NCBI GenBank assembly: GCA_964645285.1
Contig: CAZYDR010000001.1
Coordinates: 4,182 to 68,181, forward strand
Direction: 5' to 3'
DNA: 64,000 nucleotides
Source of the DNA: an uncultured Alphaproteobacteria bacterium
GTDB lineage: Bacteria; Pseudomonadota; Alphaproteobacteria; JAAXGF01
The notes beneath the pieces were generated by a model. That model searched no databases, had not been told where the DNA came from, and saw nothing but the letters and a program-made list of their open reading frames with translations. Of this stretch, positions 37,956 through 49,425 are shown one piece after another (within the stretch, counting starts at the first letter, position 1; every line of letters begins with the position of its first letter). The translations under genes were made by a program, and so were the position numbers.

Positions 37956-38036
37956 ATTCACACCCCCCCCCTGGAGGACAAAATTTCCCACCGCTTTAGT
38001 CCATGGCGCCGGTTGGGCCAAGCGCGAGGCTGGATC

Positions 38037-38879
38037 CTACGGCCAGGTGACCTCGGGGGGCAGGGACATGAGGATGGCTTCGGTGTTGCCGCCGGTCTTG
38101 AGGCCGAATTGGGTGCCTCGGTCGTGGAGCAGATTGAACTCCACATAGCGGCCCCGGCGAACCAGTTGATGGGCCCGCTGCTCGGGCGTCCAGGGGCGGT
38201 TCATGTGACGCCGCACGATGGTGGGATAGACATCGAGAAAGGCGAGGCCGACATCGCGGGTGAAAGCGAAATCCGCATCCCAGTCGCCGGTATCGAGGGA
38301 ATCGTAGAAAATTCCGCCAACACCACGAGGCTCGTCGCGGTGGGGCAGGAAAAAGTAATCGTCGGCCCATTTTTTGAATTTCGGGTAGTAGGCCGGATCG
38401 TGAACGTCGCAGGCGGCCTGCATGGCGCCGTGAAACTCGGCCGTGTCGTCGTCGTCAGCCACCATGGGGGTAAGGTCGGCGCCGCCGCCAAACCAGTGCT
38501 TCCCGGTGACGATGTGGCGGGTGTTCATATGCACCGCCGGGACCAGGGGCGAGCGCATGTGAGCGACGAGCGATATGCCCGAGGCCCAGAACGACGGGTC
38601 GTCCTCGGTGCCTTTGATCTGGCCGCGAAATTCATCGCCGAAGGCACCGGAGACCGTGGAGACGTTGACCCCGACCTTCTCGAACACCCGGCCACGCATG
38701 ATCGACATGACGCCACCACCACCACCCGGGCGGTCCCAGGCCTTGCGCTCGAAACGCCCCGGCGGCAGGTCCGAACCATCACCCGCGAGATCATCCTCGA
38801 CCGCCTCGAAGGCGGCGCAGATGCGGTCGCGGAGATCCCGGAACCAGGCCTCGGCGGTGGATTGGTGTTGTTCGGTCAT
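38037..38879 (-). CDS. hemF: oxygen-dependent coproporphyrinogen III oxidase
   Basis: Conserved HemF blocks [45 protein letters not shown] and [19 protein letters not shown]. Confidence 0.85.
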   Translation of the reverse strand: MTEQHQSTAEAWFRDLRDRICAAFEAVEDDLAGDGSDLPPGRFERKAWDRPGGGGGVMSIMRGRVFEKVGVNVSTVSGAFGDEFRGQIKGTEDDPSFWASGISLVAHMRSPLVPAVHMNTRHIVTGKHWFGGGADLTPMVADDDDTAEFHGAMQAACDVHDPAYYPKFKKWADDYFFLPHRDEPRGVGGIFYDSLDTGDWDADFAFTRDVGLAFLDVYPTIVRRHMNRPWTPEQRAHQLVRRGRYVEFNLLHDRGTQFGLKTGGNTEAILMSLPPEVTWP

Positions 38880-39373
38880 GACGACATCTCCGAAAAACCC
38901 TCGATCTGGCGCAATGCCTCGCCCAGGACCATGGCGCCGGCCACGGCGACATTGAGCGAACGCATGCCCGCCACCATGGGGATCACGACAGCCGCGTCGA
39001 CCACCTGATGGACCGAGCCGGGAACACCAGTACTCTCACGGCCCAGCAGCAAGGTATCGCCAGGCCGGTAAGCGAGTTGCGTATAGGCGGTCGCCGCGCC
39101 TGTCGTCAACAGCACCAGACGGCCGTCCTGGCCATGACACGCTGCCTGATAGGACGACCACGAGACATGACGGGTGAGATCGACCGTATGGAGATAGTCG
39201 AGCCCGGCGCGCCGCATGCGACTGTCGGACCACACAAAACCGCAGGGTTCGATCACATCGACGGCGACCCCAAGACAGGCCGCTAGACGAAGCAACGTGC
39301 CGGTGTTCTGCGGGATGTCCGGCTCGTAAAGCGCCAGGCGCACAAGCGAGGTCTGTTTGTCATCAAGCGCCAT
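38876..39373 (-). CDS. trmL: tRNA (cytidine/uridine-2'-O)-methyltransferase TrmL (SpoU family)
   Basis: [21 protein letters not shown] and the C-terminal [18 protein letters not shown] are SPOUT knot motifs; 165 aa. Confidence 0.8.
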   Translation of the reverse strand: MALDDKQTSLVRLALYEPDIPQNTGTLLRLAACLGVAVDVIEPCGFVWSDSRMRRAGLDYLHTVDLTRHVSWSSYQAACHGQDGRLVLLTTGAATAYTQLAYRPGDTLLLGRESTGVPGSVHQVVDAAVVIPMVAGMRSLNVAVAGAMVLGEALRQIEGFSEMSS

Positions 39374-39595
39374 GTTCCACCCATGTCGTCACCCGGCACG
39401 GTGTACCGTTTGCTTACAAAACGTTGGCCTCAACCTTCGAGCCCGTATTCGAGTCATTCTAAGGCGTCGGGAGGACCCTGTTAAGCGGCGCCAAATAATC
39501 TTTAAAAAGCTGTTCGCCGGAGGGCTGGACATGGCGGCGTTTTGATGACAAAACCCATCCCATCTGAAGCTCACGAATTCTGGGAGGCGATCGGT

Positions 39596-40156
39596 ATGGC
39601 TGAATCAACCTCCGCCACCGGGCAGGGCGCTGCCCACGGCGAGGATGAAACGCGGCGTGATTTCTTGTATCTCGCCACCGGCGCCATGACAGCGGTCGGC
39701 GCCGTTGCTGCCTCTTGGCCCTTGATCGATAGCTGGAATCCGTCTGCCGACGTGCTGGCGTTGTCCAGCACCGAGGTTGATATTTCGCCGATCGAGGTCG
39801 GCCAGAGCATCACCGTTGTGTGGCGCGGCAAGCCGGTGTTTATACGCCACCGCACGGATGACGAAATCGCCAGCGCGCGCGATGTCGATGTTGCATCGCT
39901 GCCCCATCCGGAAAGCGACGCCGAGCGGGCGGAAAAGCCCGAGTGGCTGGTCATGGTCGGCATCTGCACCCATCTTGGCTGTATTCCCCTGGGCCAGAAA
40001 TCCGGCGACCCCAAAGGCAAGTTCGACGGCTGGTTCTGCCCCTGTCACGGCTCGCACTACGACACCTCGGGACGTATTCGTATCGGTCCGGCGCCGCTCA
40101 ATCTTGAGGTGCCGGCCTACGACTACCTCTCCGATGATGTCATTAAGATTGGTTGA
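39596..40156 (+). CDS. petA: ubiquinol-cytochrome c reductase Rieske iron-sulfur subunit
   Basis: Rieske boxes CTHLGCIP and CPCHGSHYD; a Tat-like RRDFLY N-terminus. The start is set at MAESTS, which has a GGAGG RBS. Confidence 0.85.
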   Translation: MAESTSATGQGAAHGEDETRRDFLYLATGAMTAVGAVAASWPLIDSWNPSADVLALSSTEVDISPIEVGQSITVVWRGKPVFIRHRTDDEIASARDVDVASLPHPESDAERAEKPEWLVMVGICTHLGCIPLGQKSGDPKGKFDGWFCPCHGSHYDTSGRIRIGPAPLNLEVPAYDYLSDDVIKIG

Positions 40157-40168
40157 GGGACAATCGCC

Positions 40169-41425
40169 ATGAACTGGTTTATGCAAAATCCTGTCGTCCA
40201 GTGGGTCGAGTACCGCCTGCCGGTCTTCAGCTTCGTCAACCACCATCTGGTCGTCTATCCGGCGCCGCGCAATCTGAATTACTGGTGGAATTTTGGCTCC
40301 CTCGCCGGCATCGCCCTGGTGCTGCAAATTGTCACCGGCATCATTCTGGCCATGCACTACACGCCCCAGGCCGACCTCGCCTTCGACAGCGTCGAGCACA
40401 TCATGCGCAACGTCAATTACGGCTGGCTGCTGCGTTATGCCCACGCCAACGGCGGCTCGATGTTCTTCCTGGTGGTCTACATTCATCTGTTCCGCGGCCT
40501 CTATTACGGCTCGTACAAGGCGCCGCGCGAAATCCTCTGGTGGCTCGGCCTGGTTATCCTGCTGATGATGATGGCGACAGCCTTCATGGGCTATGTGCTG
40601 CCCTGGGGCCAGATGAGCTATTGGGGCGCCACGGTGATTACCAACCTGTTCACCGCCATTCCCTGGGTCGGCGAATCAATCACCATCTGGATGTGGGGCG
40701 GCTATGTGATCGACAACCCGACCCTCAATCGCTTCTTCAGCCTGCATTACCTGTTGCCCTTCATGCTGGTCGGCGTGGTGGTCATGCATCTGTGGGCGCT
40801 GCACGTGCACAAGTCGAGTAACCCCCTGGGCATCGACATGAAGGGGCCGCAGGATTCCCTGCCGTTCCACCCCTACTACACCATCAAGGACATGTTCGGC
40901 CTTGGTGTCTTCATGCTGCTGCTGTCGTATCTGGTGTTCTATGCCCCCAATCTGCTGGGCGAGGTCGACAACTACATTCCGGCCAATCCGCTGGTGACGC
41001 CGACCCATATCGTGCCGGAATGGTATTTCCTGCCATTCTACGCGATTCTGCGCGCCATTCCCGACAAGCTGCTCGGCGTGGTTGCCATGTTCGGCTCGAT
41101 CCTGATCTTTTTCGCGGCGCCGTGGCTCGATACCTCGAAGGTGCGCTCGGCCACCTTCCGGCCGATCTACAAGGGCCTGTTCTGGCTGTTCCTGCTCGAT
41201 TGCCTGATTCTTGGCTGGGTCGGCGCCAATCCTGCGGAGGGCAACTTCATCCTCATCGGACGTTTGGCGACGGCGTGGTATTTCGCTCACCTCGTCATCT
41301 TCATGCCGCTGGTCGGTAAGCTTGAGCGGACCCGACCGGTCCCCGAGAGCATCGCAACGCCAGTGCTCAAGGGCGGCGGCAACATGCCCGGCGGCACGAC
41401 GGCCGCAAAAATGGAGAAGTCGTGA
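40169..41425 (+). CDS. petB: cytochrome b
   Basis: [13 protein letters not shown], the haem-ligating His pairs, and [13 protein letters not shown] are the canonical cyt b motifs. Confidence 0.9.
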   Translation: MNWFMQNPVVQWVEYRLPVFSFVNHHLVVYPAPRNLNYWWNFGSLAGIALVLQIVTGIILAMHYTPQADLAFDSVEHIMRNVNYGWLLRYAHANGGSMFFLVVYIHLFRGLYYGSYKAPREILWWLGLVILLMMMATAFMGYVLPWGQMSYWGATVITNLFTAIPWVGESITIWMWGGYVIDNPTLNRFFSLHYLLPFMLVGVVVMHLWALHVHKSSNPLGIDMKGPQDSLPFHPYYTIKDMFGLGVFMLLLSYLVFYAPNLLGEVDNYIPANPLVTPTHIVPEWYFLPFYAILRAIPDKLLGVVAMFGSILIFFAAPWLDTSKVRSATFRPIYKGLFWLFLLDCLILGWVGANPAEGNFILIGRLATAWYFAHLVIFMPLVGKLERTRPVPESIATPVLKGGGNMPGGTTAAKMEKS

Positions 41426-42189
41426 TGCGGGGTATCATTCTGACAGCAGCCGCTCTTGTCATATCTCTTGGCTTGGCGGTACCGGCCCAGGCCTCCGGCG
41501 GCGCTAAGCTGCCCGATCATGGCTGGTCCTTCGAAGGCCTCTTCGGGGAGTTCGACAAACCCGCCATCCAGCGTGGCTTCCAGGTTTACCAGGAAGTCTG
41601 CGCCGGCTGCCACGGGGTCAAGTACCTGAGCTTCCGCAATCTCGCCGAGGTCGGTTTCGACGAGGGTGCGGTCAAGGCCATCGCCGCCGAGTACGACATC
41701 GAAGACGGACCCGACGACGAGGGCGAGATGTACGACCGCCCGGGCTTGCCGTCGGACGGTATTCCCGAGCCCTTCGCCAACGACAACGCGGCCCGCGCCT
41801 CGAACAACGGCGCCCTGCCGCCGGATCTGTCGCTTATGGCCAAGGCGCGCAAGGACGGCGCCAATTATCTCTATGCCCTGATGACCGGCTATGACGACGA
41901 GCCCGACGATATGGAACTCGCCGACGGCATGTCCTACAACCACTACTTCCCGGGCAATCAGATCGCCATGCCGCCGCCGCTGTTCGAAGACGGCGTCGAA
42001 TACGCCGACGGCACCCCGGCCACCGTCGAGCAGATGGCCGAGGACGTTACCCACTTCCTGATGTGGGCGGCTGAGCCGAGCCTGGAAGTGCGCAAGCGCA
42101 TGGGCCTCAAGGTAATGCTGTTCCTGCTCGTGCTCACCGCCCTGCTCTACGCCTCCAAACGCATGGTCTGGGCCAACGTCAAGCATTAA
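41422..42189 (+). CDS. petC: cytochrome c1
   Basis: Signal peptide, haem-binding CAGCHG, and a C-terminal membrane anchor. Confidence 0.85.
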   Translation: MMRGIILTAAALVISLGLAVPAQASGGAKLPDHGWSFEGLFGEFDKPAIQRGFQVYQEVCAGCHGVKYLSFRNLAEVGFDEGAVKAIAAEYDIEDGPDDEGEMYDRPGLPSDGIPEPFANDNAARASNNGALPPDLSLMAKARKDGANYLYALMTGYDDEPDDMELADGMSYNHYFPGNQIAMPPPLFEDGVEYADGTPATVEQMAEDVTHFLMWAAEPSLEVRKRMGLKVMLFLLVLTALLYASKRMVWANVKH

Positions 42190-42217
42190 GCGCGGGTCAT
42201 AGGGGGATGGCAGTAAG

Positions 42218-43603
42218 GTGAACCAGACTGATCTTTGCTTCCTCTCCGCTGTCGAGCAGAAGGCCCTGCTCGACGGGGGTGAGCTGAGTGTGATTGAGCT
42301 TGTCGATGCTTGTATCGACCGAATCGAACGCTACAATCCGCTGCTCAATGCCTTCGTTACTCTGCGTCTCGACGAAGCCCGCGACGAGGCCAAGGCGGCC
42401 GACGCGGCGCGCGCCCGGGGCGATGCTATCGGCATCCTTCATGGCCTGCCCATCGGGGTGAAGGACTGCTTCCCGACCAAGGGCATCCGCACCACCTTCG
42501 CGTCGCTGGCCTTCAAGGATCATGTGCCCGACTTCGACCATCTGGTGGTCGAGCGCGAGAAGGCCGCCGGCGCGATTATCCTCGGCAAGCTCAACACGCC
42601 GGAATACACCATGGCGCTCAACACCTGTGACAACCCAGTGTTCGGCGCGACCCGCAATCCCTATGACCTGAGCCTGTGCCCCGGCGCCAGCAGTGGCGGC
42701 AGCGGCGCCGCCCTGGCCAGCGGCCTGTGCTCCCTGGCCGACGGCTCGGACATCGGCGGCTCGGTGCGCAACCCGGCGGCGTGGTGCAACATCGTCGGCC
42801 ACCGCCCAACGTCGTGGATGATCCCCGACGTACCCAACCCGGCCATGTGGCACAACATGAACACGGCCGGCTCCATGGCCCGTAACGTCGCCGACGCGGC
42901 GCTGTTTCTGTCGGCCCTGACAGGCCCCGACCCGCGCTGCCCGGTGGTGGTGGCGGCGCCGTTCCCGCCCGGCCTCCCCGAACTGGCGCGCGACATGAAA
43001 GGGCTGCGCATCGGCTGGAGCCGGGACCACGGCTGCCTCGAGATCGACCCGGACCTGGGCCGCAACTTCGATGCCCAACGAGCCGTATTCGAGGGCCTCG
43101 GTTGCGTGGTCGCCGACTGTCCGATTGACCATTCCGGCGGCCTTGGCGAAAGCTACAGCGTTCTCGCCTATCAGCGAGTCGCCGCCGAGACCGAACCAGC
43201 GGTGGGGCGTGGCCTCGATGCCCGGCTTGAGGCAAAATACCACTGGCTCCGCGGCCTGACAGGCGTCGACTTCATGGCCGCCGAGACGTACCGCCACGGG
43301 ATGTGGCAGGACGTATCACCGGCCTTCGAGGTACACGACGTGCTGATCTGGCCCAACGACCTGTCCGATCCCTTCGGCTACAACGACGAGGAAGCCGGCA
43401 ACAAGCACGACTGGTCCCTGCTCTTCGCTGCGCCGCTGCTCGGCCTGCCCGCCGTCACGGTGCCCTGCGGCCTGTCCGCCGCCGGCGTCCCGCGCGGCCT
43501 GCAAATCCTCGGCCGCCCCGGCGCCGACCTTACGGTCCTCCAAGTCGCCCACGCCTATGAACAGGCGACAGGCCACGGCAAACAGCGGCCGTCGTTGGAC
43601 TGA
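42218..43603 (+). CDS. amidase (amidase-signature family)
   Basis: The AS signature is GGSSGGSGAALASGLCSLADGSDIGGSVRNPAA; the KD...S catalytic region GVKDCFPTKG is present. Confidence 0.8.
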   Translation: MNQTDLCFLSAVEQKALLDGGELSVIELVDACIDRIERYNPLLNAFVTLRLDEARDEAKAADAARARGDAIGILHGLPIGVKDCFPTKGIRTTFASLAFKDHVPDFDHLVVEREKAAGAIILGKLNTPEYTMALNTCDNPVFGATRNPYDLSLCPGASSGGSGAALASGLCSLADGSDIGGSVRNPAAWCNIVGHRPTSWMIPDVPNPAMWHNMNTAGSMARNVADAALFLSALTGPDPRCPVVVAAPFPPGLPELARDMKGLRIGWSRDHGCLEIDPDLGRNFDAQRAVFEGLGCVVADCPIDHSGGLGESYSVLAYQRVAAETEPAVGRGLDARLEAKYHWLRGLTGVDFMAAETYRHGMWQDVSPAFEVHDVLIWPNDLSDPFGYNDEEAGNKHDWSLLFAAPLLGLPAVTVPCGLSAAGVPRGLQILGRPGADLTVLQVAHAYEQATGHGKQRPSLD

Positions 43604-43610
43604 TCGGGGG

Positions 43611-43979
43611 TTAACCGCTCGACGCGCTCTGGAACTCGGCGACCTTGGTCGGGCGGACGTTGATGGTAGCGTCGTCGTGGCCGCCGGCGTCGTAGAGCGT
43701 CATGAAAGCGCCGACTTTGTCCTCGCCCAGGTAGCGCAGGGCGACCTCGTATTCTCCGTCACGGCTCAGGCCGGGACCGATTTCGGCGTCGCCTCTGATC
43801 ATCACCGCATAATAGGGCGGCTCGCGGTCGTCGATCACCACGGTGGCCTTGCCGGTGCGCGAGACGTTCAGATACTTCTGGGAGCGACTGGACGTGGTGA
43901 AGGTGATAACCCCGTTCCGGTAGCGATACCACATGGGGATGGCGTGGGGTGTGTCGCCGGGGCCCGTGGTGGCGAGCAC
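43611..43979 (-). CDS. pyridoxamine 5'-phosphate oxidase-family (PPOX class) protein
   Basis: 122 aa with the pattern AIPMWYRYRNGVITFTTSSRSQKYLNVSRTGKATVVID, typical of the split-barrel PPOX / F420-binding family. Confidence 0.6.
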   Translation of the reverse strand: MLATTGPGDTPHAIPMWYRYRNGVITFTTSSRSQKYLNVSRTGKATVVIDDREPPYYAVMIRGDAEIGPGLSRDGEYEVALRYLGEDKVGAFMTLYDAGGHDDATINVRPTKVAEFQSASSG

Positions 43980-44141
43980 GCAGATGCGAGTCTGGGCGAG
44001 CGCCTAATAAACGTCCTTGGAAAGTTCCATTGCCGCGTTGCTCCTCTGATGTATGTTGCCGGGAAGCACTATATAGCGGTTGATCGTGCCCGGTGATGCT
44101 GAAACACTGCGTCGGAATCGAACGTCATCGCGGGGAGGCGC

Positions 44142-45029
<888 letters not shown>

Positions 45030-45042
45030 GGAGTTCTGATCA

Positions 45043-45570
45043 ATGCCGATCAAGTCCCGCATTCGCACCATCCCTCACTACCCCGTGGAAGGCGTGATGT
45101 TTCGCGACATCACCACCCTGCTCAAGGATCCCATCGGCCTGCGCCTTACGATCGAAGCATTTACCGACCGCTATGGCAGCCAGACCATCGATAAGGTCGC
45201 CGGCATCGAGGCGCGTGGTTTCATCCTTGGCGCGGTCATCGCCCATGAACTGGGCACCGGCTTCGTGCCGATCCGCAAGAAGGGCAAGCTGCCCGGCGAC
45301 GTCATCGGCGAGGACTACAAGTTAGAGTACGGCATCGACCGTATCGAGATTCATACCGACGCCATCGATCCCGGCGAGCGGGTGTTGCTGGTCGACGATC
45401 TGATCGCTACCGGCGGCACCGCCGAGGCCGCCATCAAGCTGATCGAAAAGTCGGGGGCGAACGTCGTTGAATGCGGCTTCATCATCGATCTGCCCGACAT
45501 CGGCGGCCGGGCGCGCATCGAGGCCAGGGGCCAGACGGTGTTCGCTCTGTGTGAGTTCGAGGGCGATTGA
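45043..45570 (+). CDS. apt: adenine phosphoribosyltransferase
   Basis: PRPP-binding motif [22 protein letters not shown]; 175 aa. Confidence 0.85.
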   Translation: MPIKSRIRTIPHYPVEGVMFRDITTLLKDPIGLRLTIEAFTDRYGSQTIDKVAGIEARGFILGAVIAHELGTGFVPIRKKGKLPGDVIGEDYKLEYGIDRIEIHTDAIDPGERVLLVDDLIATGGTAEAAIKLIEKSGANVVECGFIIDLPDIGGRARIEARGQTVFALCEFEGD

Positions 45571-46677
45571 GTGAAGGTCGCGGGCCAGCCCTGGCGCACC
45601 ATCATGGTGGCCGACGACGGCCGCGCCGTCGATATTATCGACCAGACCCTGCTGCCCCATCGCTTTGAGACCCGCCGGCTAGAGACCCTGGAAGACGCGG
45701 CCGAGGCGATTACCGTCATGCGGGTGCGCGGGGCGCCGCTGATCGGCGCCACCGCCGCTTATGGCCTGTGCCTGGCCCTGGCTGATGACGCCTCGGACCA
45801 GCGCCTCCATGACGCTTGCACCATCCTGGCCGCGACCCGCCCGACGGCAGTCAACCTGCGCTGGGCACTCGATGATATGACGGCTCACTTGCAACCCCTC
45901 GACCCGGATCAGCGGGTTGCGGCAGCCTACCAACGGGCGGACGACATCTGCGATGAGGATGTTGCCGTCTGCCGCGCCGTCGGTGGCCACTGCGCGGGAA
46001 TGATTCGCGCGGCCTGGGAGCGCGGCGGGCGCGACGGGCCGGTCAACGTGCTGACCCATTGCAACGCCGGCTGGCTGGCGACCATCGACTGGGGCACGGC
46101 CCTGGCCGGCATCTATGTGGCCCACGACGCTGGCGTGCCGGTCCATGTCTGGGTCGACGAGACCCGCCCGCGCAACCAGGGCGCCAGCCTGACCGCCTGG
46201 GAGCTTGGCCACCACGGCGTTCCCCATACAGTGATCGCCGACAACGCCGGCGGCCATCTGATGCAGCATGGCCGGGTCGATCTCTGCATTACCGGCACCG
46301 ACCGCACCACCGCCCACGGCGACGTGTGCAACAAGATCGGCACTTATCTCAAAGCCTTGGCCGCCTTCGACAACGGCGTGCCGTTCTACGTCGCCCTGCC
46401 CCACACCACCATCGACTGGACCCTGGCTGAAGGTCTCAAAGATATCCCCATCGAGGAACGCAATCCGGCCGAGGTCACCACCATTGCCGGCCGCGCCAAT
46501 GACGGCGCGGTGGTCGAGGTCGCCATCGTGCCCGAGGGTAGCCCGGCCCTCAACCCGGCTTTCGACGTTACGCCGGCGCGGCTGGTCAGCGGCCTGATCA
46601 CCGAGCGCGGCGTCTGTGCCGCTTCGGCCGAGGGATTATTGGGGCTTTATCCCGAACGGCGGCAGGCGGCGTCATGA
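45571..46677 (+). CDS. mtnA: S-methyl-5-thioribose-1-phosphate isomerase
   Basis: eIF-2B-like family blocks VLTHCNAGWLAT, VHVWVDETRPRNQGA and VITGTDRTTAHGDVCNKIGTY. GTG start abutting the apt stop. Confidence 0.85.
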   Translation: MKVAGQPWRTIMVADDGRAVDIIDQTLLPHRFETRRLETLEDAAEAITVMRVRGAPLIGATAAYGLCLALADDASDQRLHDACTILAATRPTAVNLRWALDDMTAHLQPLDPDQRVAAAYQRADDICDEDVAVCRAVGGHCAGMIRAAWERGGRDGPVNVLTHCNAGWLATIDWGTALAGIYVAHDAGVPVHVWVDETRPRNQGASLTAWELGHHGVPHTVIADNAGGHLMQHGRVDLCITGTDRTTAHGDVCNKIGTYLKALAAFDNGVPFYVALPHTTIDWTLAEGLKDIPIEERNPAEVTTIAGRANDGAVVEVAIVPEGSPALNPAFDVTPARLVSGLITERGVCAASAEGLLGLYPERRQAAS

Positions 46678-47531
46678 GCCAGACAATAACCGGTGTCGAT
46701 CACACCCTGGTGGCGGTCCGCGACCTGAAGGCCGCCCGCGCCGTCTACGCCCGTCTCGGCTTCACGGTAACGCCCCGGGGCAGCCACACCACCTGGGATA
46801 CGGCCAACTACTGCATCATGATGGCCAGCGGCTATATCGAGCTCATCGGCCCGGCCAGTACAGGCCCGGCGGGCTATCAGCCGCTCGACGATTTCCTCGC
46901 CCGGCGTGAGGGCTTCATGGGTCTGGCTTTCGCCAGCCCCGACGCAGACGCCACATACGCCGCCCTGGCCGACGCCGGTCTCGACCCCAGCCCACCTGAA
47001 GACCTGGCCCGCAATCTGGAACTGCCCGGCGGCACGGTCGAGCCGCGCTTCAAGCTGGTGCGCCTGCCCGCCGCGACGACGCCGGCGCTGTCCGCTTTCA
47101 TCTGCCATCATCTGGATCCGGACATGGTGCGCCAGCCTCAATGGCTGGATCACGCCAACGGCGCCCGCGCCCTCACCGGCATCACCACCGTGGTCCCGGA
47201 CCCGCCGGCCCTGGCCGAGGCCTATGCCAAATTGTTGGGTGCCGGCATGGCGACCCTGACCGATGACATTCTGACCGTGCGCACGGGGTCGACCACTCTA
47301 GTCTTCGCCACCTCTGAAGACGCCGAGCGCCTCTATCCGGACCTGGAAGACGCCCTTCCCGATGATCTTCCCCTGACGGTCGCCATGACCATCGCGGTCG
47401 ATGATATCGAGCGCCTGTCCAGCGTGCTCGACGCCAACGCCGTGGCCTATAGCCGCGAAGTAAATCGCGCCATCACCATCGCCCCCGAAGACGCCTGCGG
47501 CGCGTTGCTGGAGTTCATACGCGACAAATAA
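46674..47531 (+). CDS. VOC-family (glyoxalase/bleomycin-resistance-like) two-domain protein
   Basis: GVDHTLVAVRDLKAARAVYARLGF and a second similar module; paired beta-alpha-beta-beta-beta modules are inferred. Confidence 0.6.
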   Translation: MSQTITGVDHTLVAVRDLKAARAVYARLGFTVTPRGSHTTWDTANYCIMMASGYIELIGPASTGPAGYQPLDDFLARREGFMGLAFASPDADATYAALADAGLDPSPPEDLARNLELPGGTVEPRFKLVRLPAATTPALSAFICHHLDPDMVRQPQWLDHANGARALTGITTVVPDPPALAEAYAKLLGAGMATLTDDILTVRTGSTTLVFATSEDAERLYPDLEDALPDDLPLTVAMTIAVDDIERLSSVLDANAVAYSREVNRAITIAPEDACGALLEFIRDK

Positions 47532-47540
47532 GAAGGGTCA

Positions 47541-47621
47541 CCACCAAGACACCAAGGCACAAAGGGGTTCGCGGTTGGCGTAATTACCCCGCTTCCTTGG
47601 TGTCTTCGTGCCTTGGTGGTT
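47541..47621. terminator. long imperfect inverted repeat (putative bidirectional terminator) between convergent genes
   Basis: The arms ACCACCAAGACACCAAGGCAC (47541-47561) and GTGTCTTCGTGCCTTGGTGGT (47601-47621) pair at 18/21 positions, with an inner GGGGT/ACCCC helix. T-rich stretches lie on both outer sides. Confidence 0.4.
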
Positions 47622-47637
47622 AGAAATTCTTGCTTCC

Positions 47638-48303
47638 CTAGCCGATATGTTCGGCGAACAGGGCGAGGCTGCGTTCGCGGCCCAAAGCCGAGCTTTCGGC
47701 GTGGTAGTCGGGCCGGTGGTCGCAGGTGAAACCGTGGCCGGCCGGGTAGAGGTGGATCGGCACTTGGGGCTGCCATTCGGCGATCAGGGCGCAGTTCTCA
47801 GGCGGGATGCCGGCGTCATTTTCGCCGAAGTGGAGTTCGATAGGGCATTGCGGCGCCTCGCCGCGAAACTGGCTGATCTGGCCGCCGTAGAACGCCACGG
47901 CGCAGGCCAGTTCGAGTCGCGCCGCGGCGAGCCAGACCAGGGAACCGCCCCAGCAATAGCCGATAATGCCGACCTTGCCCGCCTCGCTGACCGCCTCGAC
48001 GGCGGCGGCGATGTCGGCCACCGGACCGTCCCAACCGACGCTCATGCGCAGCGCTCGACCGGCAGCAATGCCGTCTTCGTCATAGCCCAGCTCGACGCCG
48101 CGTTCCTTGCGGTCGAACAGCGCCGGCGCGATGGTGTCAAAACCGTCGGCGGCGAAGCCGTCAACCACCTCGAGGATATGGCCGTTGACCCCGAAAATTT
48201 CCTGGATCACCACCAGCCCGCCACGTGCCCCACCCGTTGGCGTCGCCCGATAGGCGGCAAACTCGTGACCGTCGCCAGCATTCAATGAAACCGTCTCACC
48301 CAT
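47638..48303 (-). CDS. dienelactone hydrolase-family protein
   Basis: The DLH nucleophile motif is GIIGYCWGG, with the C-terminal His in LYPAGHGF. Confidence 0.75.
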   Translation of the reverse strand: MGETVSLNAGDGHEFAAYRATPTGGARGGLVVIQEIFGVNGHILEVVDGFAADGFDTIAPALFDRKERGVELGYDEDGIAAGRALRMSVGWDGPVADIAAAVEAVSEAGKVGIIGYCWGGSLVWLAAARLELACAVAFYGGQISQFRGEAPQCPIELHFGENDAGIPPENCALIAEWQPQVPIHLYPAGHGFTCDHRPDYHAESSALGRERSLALFAEHIG

Positions 48304-48546
48304 ACGCCCCTCCCTTTACGGGGCAAGACTGTAGGGCGAATCAACGCAGGCGGCAAATCGGCCAATCGTCAGTCGTTATGCCGTAATGTGCGGCCAACAG
48401 GTGCGCCCGGTTTTAAACCTGGTTCAGTAAGCCGGTCAGTTCAGGCTTCCGGGATGGTCCTGCCAGATGCTCGGCTCAAGTCGGAGATGTGTGCGCGCCG
48501 GATAGGTTTCCGACCAGTAGGCGGCGACCTGGGCGCTGGTCGGATT

Positions 48547-49425
48547 CTAGACTCCGGGATGGTTGGCAAGGCGCGCCAAGAAGTTCTCCAGTAGTTTTAG
48601 CCGGTTGCACCAGCCGATGGCATGGGCGTGCAGGGTCATGGAGAAACAGCGGCCGCGTCTGTATTGAGCGTCGAACTCGGCGATCCAGTTGGCGAACAGC
48701 GCGTCGGCATGTTCCAGACCGGAGCCCTCCCTCGGGAACAGAAGGAAGAACTGGTCGTCGAAGTGATAGTAGCAGGGCAGCGTCAACATGGCGCGGCGGG
48801 TCGCGAAATCGGTCACCCAATAGTACGGAATGTCGTTGGACAGACCATTGCCCATGTAGCGGTAGCCGGCACCGATGAGCAGATCCATTGTGTCGGAACT
48901 GATAGTACCGCCGGCGAAGGGATCGCCCTGGCGGGGCAACGAAAACCAGCCAGTGGGAGCCCTGCCAACCGCCTCGCCGAGCATCTCAGTCGTCAGGTCG
49001 AGCCGCCGCTTCTCCTCATCGCGACCAAGCTCGCTGACGTCTTCGTGCTTGAAGCCCTGGGCGGCGATCTCATGGCCCTCGTCGTGAAGCCGCCGAATGG
49101 TGTTGCCGAGGATCGCCGCCATGGCCGCCGGGACCGCGAAGGTCGCCGTGATCTCAAAGCGGCGCAACACCGCCATGAGCTGGTCAAGCCCCTCGTTGAG
49201 ACCGAACATCGCCCGTGAATTTTGCAGATCAGCGGGCTCAATTCCCTGTGGCCCGGACGTCAGGCTGAGATCGACGACCACGGCGACACAACAGCGTTTG
49301 TCCTCGGGCCAGCGAATGTCATCGTCGGCCAGGCTGACCTCGTCGGAAATGGTGTAGTCGTCCTTCCAGGGCATGGCGCCGGCGCCTAGCTGTCCCGCCC
49401 GTGTGGCGGAAAATTTTCCAGGCAA
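48547..49425 (-). CDS. polysaccharide deacetylase-family protein (NodB homology)
   Basis: GHEIAAQGFKHE (the His-His metal motif region), Asp-rich motif 1, and YRYMGNG are present. Confidence 0.7.
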   Translation of the reverse strand: MPGKFSATRAGQLGAGAMPWKDDYTISDEVSLADDDIRWPEDKRCCVAVVVDLSLTSGPQGIEPADLQNSRAMFGLNEGLDQLMAVLRRFEITATFAVPAAMAAILGNTIRRLHDEGHEIAAQGFKHEDVSELGRDEEKRRLDLTTEMLGEAVGRAPTGWFSLPRQGDPFAGGTISSDTMDLLIGAGYRYMGNGLSNDIPYYWVTDFATRRAMLTLPCYYHFDDQFFLLFPREGSGLEHADALFANWIAEFDAQYRRGRCFSMTLHAHAIGWCNRLKLLENFLARLANHPGV

